Positions 58,267-64,000 of a DNA stretch of 64,000 nucleotides are shown here, one piece after another. A program made the position numbers and the translations under genes. This DNA is from Neocallimastix sp. 'constans' (lineage: Eukaryota), in NCBI GenBank assembly GCA_050613775.1, contig JBODTK010000114.1, positions 310,001 through 374,000 on the forward strand, read 5' to 3'. Each line of letters starts with the position of its first letter. Position 1 is the first letter of the stretch. The notes under the pieces were generated by a model. That model had not been told where the DNA came from, made no database searches, and saw only the letters and a program-made list of their open reading frames with translations.

Positions 58267-61200
58267 ATGAAAATTAGAACAATATTTAAAAAATTCATCC
58301 ATAGGAAACACGATAAAAAACAATCATTAGATAATGCCTCACCAATTTCTTCACCTGATAATTCACCTGAAACTTCACCAATATCATCACCAAATATTAC
58401 AACACCTACATCTATATATACTATTCAAACAATAGATTGTCCTACGTCAAAAAAAGATCAAAATAATTTTATATATAGTTACAGTAATTTTAATCAATAT
58501 AACACAAATGCAAATACTTCGATTTCTTCATTATCTACTTCTCTTCCTACCTCTTTTCCACCTTTATCTCAAGATATTCAACCAATAAATCGAAAAAATA
58601 CCATTGATCAACTTTCTAATATTAATGAAGAATCGATTAGTAGTTCACAAGTATCTACAATACCATCACCATCTCGAAGAACCCCTGATTATACTTCATT
58701 AAAAAGGAATCATGAAAATAATCAAACTAAAACATTAATTAATCAAAATAATGAAAAAATATCATTATATCCATATAATTCAAGTAATTCAATTACATCA
58801 CCTAAAATTTCACCCTCTAAAGATAATGGTTCTGATATGGAAAAAGATAGTGATATACATTTATTTAATCAAACTAAAGTTTCAAAACTAGATTTAAAGC
58901 AATTAGAAAAAGAAATAGGAAATAAACAACTTTATGAAAATGATCATAAGAATGCTTCACCACGATACGTGAATAATATTGAAAATAGTCCAAAAGTGAC
59001 TATAAGCCAAAAAGATATTGTCACATTTTCCTTTGCTAATCCTTCCAGACAAAAGATTTATGAATCTCCAATGAGTTCACCAGAAAACTCAGCATTAGCA
59101 TCATCATTATCTTCACCAAATAGTGGAACAGTATCATCATTATCTTCACCAAATAATGGACCACTATCATCATTATCTTCACCAAATAATGGACCAATAT
59201 CACCATCGAAAAAGAAGAATCATAATATATTTTGTTTTCCATTTAAGAAAGATAAAAAGAAGAATAAAGAGTTGAAAACAGTATACCAACATTTTAGTGT
59301 TTTGGATACTCAATCAATACCACACGATGGTTTAATTATGGTTGAAAAACAAGATAATGCTATTCATAATTTATGGGAACAACGTAATTCTGATCTCGCA
59401 AAAAAAAATACTGAATTAAATAAGAATCTAGATGATAGAAATTCAAATCAATATATGGCACATTCACCAATTTATTCTAAATCTTTATCACAACTTAATT
59501 TCGAGAAGAATAGAATAACATCTCTTAGTACGCCTGGTTCTTCTCAATCTGTACAAATGGATATTGCAAAAATGCCACTCTTTCTCGAAAATTCTAATAA
59601 ATACCCTTCAAGACATGAGAGTTACAACCATGCAAGTGAATTTTCTCGTTCTATAAGTCCAAAATTATCCTATATTAATAATCCATATGGTATTAATTCT
59701 TATGGTTCTCCAACCAATAATAATAAAAATTCTATATCAAATAATTCAAAAAGCATAAAATCAATTAATTCACCTATTTTCCCAAAAATTAATGTAAATT
59801 CTTATTCATCTCCATCAAATTATGCAATTATGAAAGAAAATCATAAACTTAATCTTCATATTAATACCGATATTTCATCTTATTCATCTGATACACAAAC
59901 AAAGAAATTTACTTATAAAACAATAGTTTCTAATGGACAATCTTCACAAAGATCTCTCAGTCCACATTTACCTCATATTAATACATCACCATTACCTCCA
60001 CTGAGAACTAGAAAATCACCATCTATTACTCCTGTAAGAATATCATCACCAATTTCGCCAAATTCATTTGTATCTAATGATGATATTATAAAAGAAGCAT
60101 TATTAAATAATGATCATTCCACACAAAGTAAGCAAGAAATTCCATTTTCTGAGCAAGAAACAGTTATTAATGAAGAAATCAAAACTGAAGAAAATAATGA
60201 TAATGAAATGGGTGAAAGTCATGATTTATTAAGTACCGTTGGTTCAGAGTGTATTTTACATAAAACTTCGCAATCATCTTTAAATAGTTATGATAGTAGT
60301 AATAAAGAAGATTCGATAAAAATATCTATCCAGAACTCAGTCAAAAGTTCAACAAAGAGCTCTATTAAGGAATCTATTAAAAATTCTTATAATAGTAGTA
60401 ATGAGGAAGATTCAATAAAGGCATCTATCAAAAACTCAGTCAAAAGTTCAGCTAAGAGCTCTATTAAGGAATCTATTAAAAATTCAACTAAAAGTTCAAT
60501 TAATGAATCTATTAAAGATTTAAATAAAAGTAGTATTAAAGAATCAATTAAAGATTTAAATAAAAGTAGTATTAAAGAATCAATTAAAGATTTAAACAAT
60601 CTTGATATTAATGAAAAATCAACAGAAAACATAGATCCTATTAAGAATTCATTTGAAAGTTTAAAAGAAATAAGCCTTTCTAGTCTTAGTGATAGTAATA
60701 GTGTTGATGGAGTATTAATTAATATTAGTAGTAGTTCAAGTAGTACCAATAATTCTAGCATTTCTAATAATTCTAGTATTTCTAATCATTCTAGTATTTC
60801 TAATAATTCTAGTATTTCTAATAATTCTAATAATTTAACTAAATCAAATAATTCTACTTCCAATGAAACAAATAAAGAAGTATCAATTACAGATAAAAAA
60901 GGAAAATCACAGAAAGAAAAGCTTGTTGAAAAACCACTCAATCAAGAAGAAGCCATAAAATATAATATTTTTAATATGAAACCAATTAAAATTATACAAG
61001 AATCAAAACCAATAAAAAAAAATGATTTAAATAAATCTACATTTCTTCATCAAAAATCTTCTGATATTTTAAAAAATAAAGGATCAAATTCAATCTTAAA
61101 AAATAAAAATTCATATGGTATTATTAAAAAAAGAAATCATAATTCACATATATATAATGAATTAGCTGCCTTTCCATTTGATTTAAATCATAATCTACAA

Positions 61201-62082
61201 CAAAAATTAAATAAAAAAATGTCAATGGAAAGTAGGAAAAGTAAAGTTAGTTTTTTTGAAGATAAAAATATATTTAATAATATTAATGATCATAAGAAAA
61301 AAAGTAGTAATTTAAATTTAAAACATTTAAGTTCTTCAAGTAGTTTAGTACCATATATCGTAGAAAAATCATTAAATCAAACTACAATATTAACCGAATC
61401 CTCCATTAAATTTGATGATTATAATACCACTGAATCTTTTTCAATATTGAAAGGAAATATAAATGATGAAAGTATGAATATCAACATTGATTTTTCAGAT
61501 AGTGAAATTATTAGACATGGTAGTTCAATTGAATTAAACTTTGGTCATGAAATACCTTCGATTTCATCTATTAATATTTCTTACAATTCAGAAATGAATG
61601 AAGATCAAGAAAATATTAATTCCTTTGAGAAGCATCGTATATTAAATAATGAAACTGAATCATCTATTACTTTCTATCATAATGGTAAAACGAATAGTTT
61701 TGAAGAGGTTGTTAATACAAAACCTAATAATCATATCTATCATAAAGAAGATGAAATTAAAGATGAAGATGAGAATGAAATTAAAAATTTCTTTCAAAAT
61801 CATACGAACAATAGAACATCCTTTATCGTTTTCAATAAAGAAGATAGTTTATTAAAAGACGATTCATTATTTGAAAACGAAGTAATACAAAATAATAGTA
61901 CTAAAACTGTCATAATAGAATCTAAATTTAGCAATTCAAGAAATAACAATGAACCATCAAATAATATCAAAAAGAGCCAAATCTATGAAAGTGAAAATTC
62001 CAAAAGTTATCCTTCCTCATCTACCACTAATAACGCTAATAGTAACTATAGTATTTATTTAAATGATTATTATAATATTTAA
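58267..62082 (+). CDS. Hypothetical 1271-aa Ser/Asn/Lys-rich, probably disordered protein
   Basis: 3.8-kb uninterrupted ORF in DNA where stop codons are very frequent. Many SP motifs and internal repeats (SSLSSPNNG x3, KSSIKESIK repeats, SISNNS repeats). No domain recognised. Confidence 0.85.
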   Translation: MKIRTIFKKFIHRKHDKKQSLDNASPISSPDNSPETSPISSPNITTPTSIYTIQTIDCPTSKKDQNNFIYSYSNFNQYNTNANTSISSLSTSLPTSFPPLSQDIQPINRKNTIDQLSNINEESISSSQVSTIPSPSRRTPDYTSLKRNHENNQTKTLINQNNEKISLYPYNSSNSITSPKISPSKDNGSDMEKDSDIHLFNQTKVSKLDLKQLEKEIGNKQLYENDHKNASPRYVNNIENSPKVTISQKDIVTFSFANPSRQKIYESPMSSPENSALASSLSSPNSGTVSSLSSPNNGPLSSLSSPNNGPISPSKKKNHNIFCFPFKKDKKKNKELKTVYQHFSVLDTQSIPHDGLIMVEKQDNAIHNLWEQRNSDLAKKNTELNKNLDDRNSNQYMAHSPIYSKSLSQLNFEKNRITSLSTPGSSQSVQMDIAKMPLFLENSNKYPSRHESYNHASEFSRSISPKLSYINNPYGINSYGSPTNNNKNSISNNSKSIKSINSPIFPKINVNSYSSPSNYAIMKENHKLNLHINTDISSYSSDTQTKKFTYKTIVSNGQSSQRSLSPHLPHINTSPLPPLRTRKSPSITPVRISSPISPNSFVSNDDIIKEALLNNDHSTQSKQEIPFSEQETVINEEIKTEENNDNEMGESHDLLSTVGSECILHKTSQSSLNSYDSSNKEDSIKISIQNSVKSSTKSSIKESIKNSYNSSNEEDSIKASIKNSVKSSAKSSIKESIKNSTKSSINESIKDLNKSSIKESIKDLNKSSIKESIKDLNNLDINEKSTENIDPIKNSFESLKEISLSSLSDSNSVDGVLINISSSSSSTNNSSISNNSSISNHSSISNNSSISNNSNNLTKSNNSTSNETNKEVSITDKKGKSQKEKLVEKPLNQEEAIKYNIFNMKPIKIIQESKPIKKNDLNKSTFLHQKSSDILKNKGSNSILKNKNSYGIIKKRNHNSHIYNELAAFPFDLNHNLQQKLNKKMSMESRKSKVSFFEDKNIFNNINDHKKKSSNLNLKHLSSSSSLVPYIVEKSLNQTTILTESSIKFDDYNTTESFSILKGNINDESMNINIDFSDSEIIRHGSSIELNFGHEIPSISSINISYNSEMNEDQENINSFEKHRILNNETESSITFYHNGKTNSFEEVVNTKPNNHIYHKEDEIKDEDENEIKNFFQNHTNNRTSFIVFNKEDSLLKDDSLFENEVIQNNSTKTVIIESKFSNSRNNNEPSNNIKKSQIYESENSKSYPSSSTTNNANSNYSIYLNDYYNI

Positions 62083-62592
62083 TTTTATTTATTTATTTAG
62101 TTATTTATTTATAAAAAGTAATTTAATTTTATTATTATTATTTTTCACTACATATATATTTTATAATACTGAGTTATTATATATAAATTATTACAATAAT
62201 AATAAATTATCATGAAATATTTTTCTCGCATAATTATTATTATATATTTAAATTATTTATTTATTTTATTGGAAAAAAAAAAAAATTAAAAATTATAATT
62301 GGGATAAATACTTTTTTTATTGAAATATAATTTTATATTTATAAAATATTTATATTCATTAAATTTTTTAAATACCCATAATTTTCTTCTTGTTTAATTA
62401 TTGATATTAATTATTAACTATTTTATATAATTATATACGTATATATGTTATTTTATAAAATTAAATCAAAAATCATTGTAACATTGTTCAATAAAACAAC
62501 CATCAAAAATTATTCAAAATGAATTCTAATAATTTATTATTAAAAATATTTTTTGAACAAATAATTATTTTTGATTTTGTTTTTGATTATGT

Positions 62593-62646
<54 letters not shown>

Positions 62647-63064
62647 TTTGTTTTATTTTATTTTTATTTTTTATTTTTTCGAATTTCGCAAATTAAATCT
62701 TCAAAATATATAACTTTTTCTAAATAATCAATTCAAATATGAAATATATTAAAATATTTAACAATTATAATTGTAAATGACGATAAACAATAACAATTAC
62801 AATAAATAAATAAATTAAATAATATTAATAATAATAAACAAAATAAAACAAATTAAAAAAAACGAAAATAAAAATATAAAACTAATAAAATAATAAATAT
62901 CAATAATAAAAAATTTTATTCAAACAATGTTCATTTATTTATCCCTGTATTTTAATAATATTATGTTAAAAAATGGAATTACATTCATTGAAATTCAATG
63001 AAATAAATGAATAAAAATAATATTATAAAAATATATTTGTATTTTTATAAAAAAAAAATTATGA

Positions 63065-64000
63065 AAATCAGAATCAAAACCAGAATTAAAAACTGAATCA
63101 AAAACTGAATCAAAAACTGAATTAAAATCAGAACCAGAATCAAAGTCGGAACTAGAATCAAAATCAGAATTAGAATTAGAATCTAAAACTGAATTAGAAT
63201 CTAAATCAGAAGTAGAATCAAAACCAGAATCAAAACAAGAATCAAAACAAGAATCAAAACAAGAATTAAAACAAGAATCAAAACAAGAATCAAAACAAGA
63301 ATCAAAACAAGAATCAAAACAAGAATTAAAACAAGAATCAAAACAAGAATCAAAACAAGAATCAAAACAAGAATCAAAACAAGAATCAAAAACTGAATCA
63401 AAAACTGAATCAAAAACTGAACTAAAATCAGAACCAGAATCAAAGTCGGAATCAGAATCAAAATCAGAATTGGAATTAGAATCTAAAACTGAATTAGAAT
63501 CTAAATCAGAAGTAGAATCAAAACCAGAATCAAAGCAAGAATCAAAACCAGAATCAAAACCAGAATCAAAACCAGAACCAAAACCAAAATCAAAACCAGA
63601 ATCAAAACCAAAATCAAAATCAAAATCAAAATCAAAATCAAAAACAGAATCAAAAACAAAATCAAAAATTGAATTAAAATCAGAATTAGGATTAGAATTT
63701 AAAACTGAATTAGAAACAAAATTAGAATTAGAACCAAAATTAGAATTAGAACCAAAATTAGAATTAGAACCAAAATTAGAATTAGAACCAAAATTAGAAT
63801 TAGAATCGAAATTAGAATTAGAATCGAAATTAGAATTAGAACCAAAATCAGAATTAGAACCAAAATCAGAATTAGTATCAGTAAATGACAATAAGTCACC
63901 TTATATAGTTAGTGTAGAATCTAGGAAATTCAAAACTTATGAAAAAAAATCATCATACAGTAGCAGTATTTTAAATATAAAAGAAAAGAAATTTAAATAT
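63065..64000 (+). CDS. Partial repetitive Glu/Ser/Lys-rich coding region running off the window
   Basis: The plus-strand frame is open from 63065 to the window end: KSESKPELKTESK...(ESKQ)n...(LELEPK)n...ELVSVNDNKSPYIVSVESRKFKTYEKK. Repeat units are multiples of 3 nt. The start is unresolved. Confidence 0.55.

Noticed and set aside
62995..63891. Minus-strand 298-aa FDS/GSN-repeat protein
   Set aside because: Probably the antisense shadow of the plus-strand repeat ORF. It has a non-ATG start and ends in AT-rich non-coding-like sequence.

Overview
Extremely AT-rich, intron-containing eukaryotic DNA. Base composition, the fungal CHO2 and ZIP genes and a bacterial-type solute-binding protein all point to an anaerobic gut fungus (Neocallimastigomycota); this is an inference. 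0.6-20.5 kb is a zinc-uptake gene neighbourhood. It holds four intronless ZIP (Zrt/Irt) transporters with His-rich N-termini, a decayed fifth ZIP copy, a 5-exon solute-binding-protein gene with a hydrophobic C-terminal tail plus its pseudogene, a recurring upstream motif resembling a zinc-responsive element, a tRNA-headed SINE-like insertion with a 9-bp target-site duplication, and a 47-bp minisatellite. 23-29 kb is a retrotransposon nest: Ty3/gypsy relics and a 2.1-kb copia-derived element with near-identical LTRs. 30-35.6 kb is a 10-exon CHO2-type phosphatidylethanolamine N-methyltransferase. 42.6-51.4 kb is a roughly 30-exon leucine-rich-repeat gene built mostly of 69-bp phase-2 exons, one LRR per exon. 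58-64 kb holds a long Ser/Asn-rich orphan ORF and a repetitive E/S/K-rich ORF that runs off the window. Most short ORFs in the track are microsatellite or antisense artefacts. All alignments and exon boundaries were read by eye; no searches were run.
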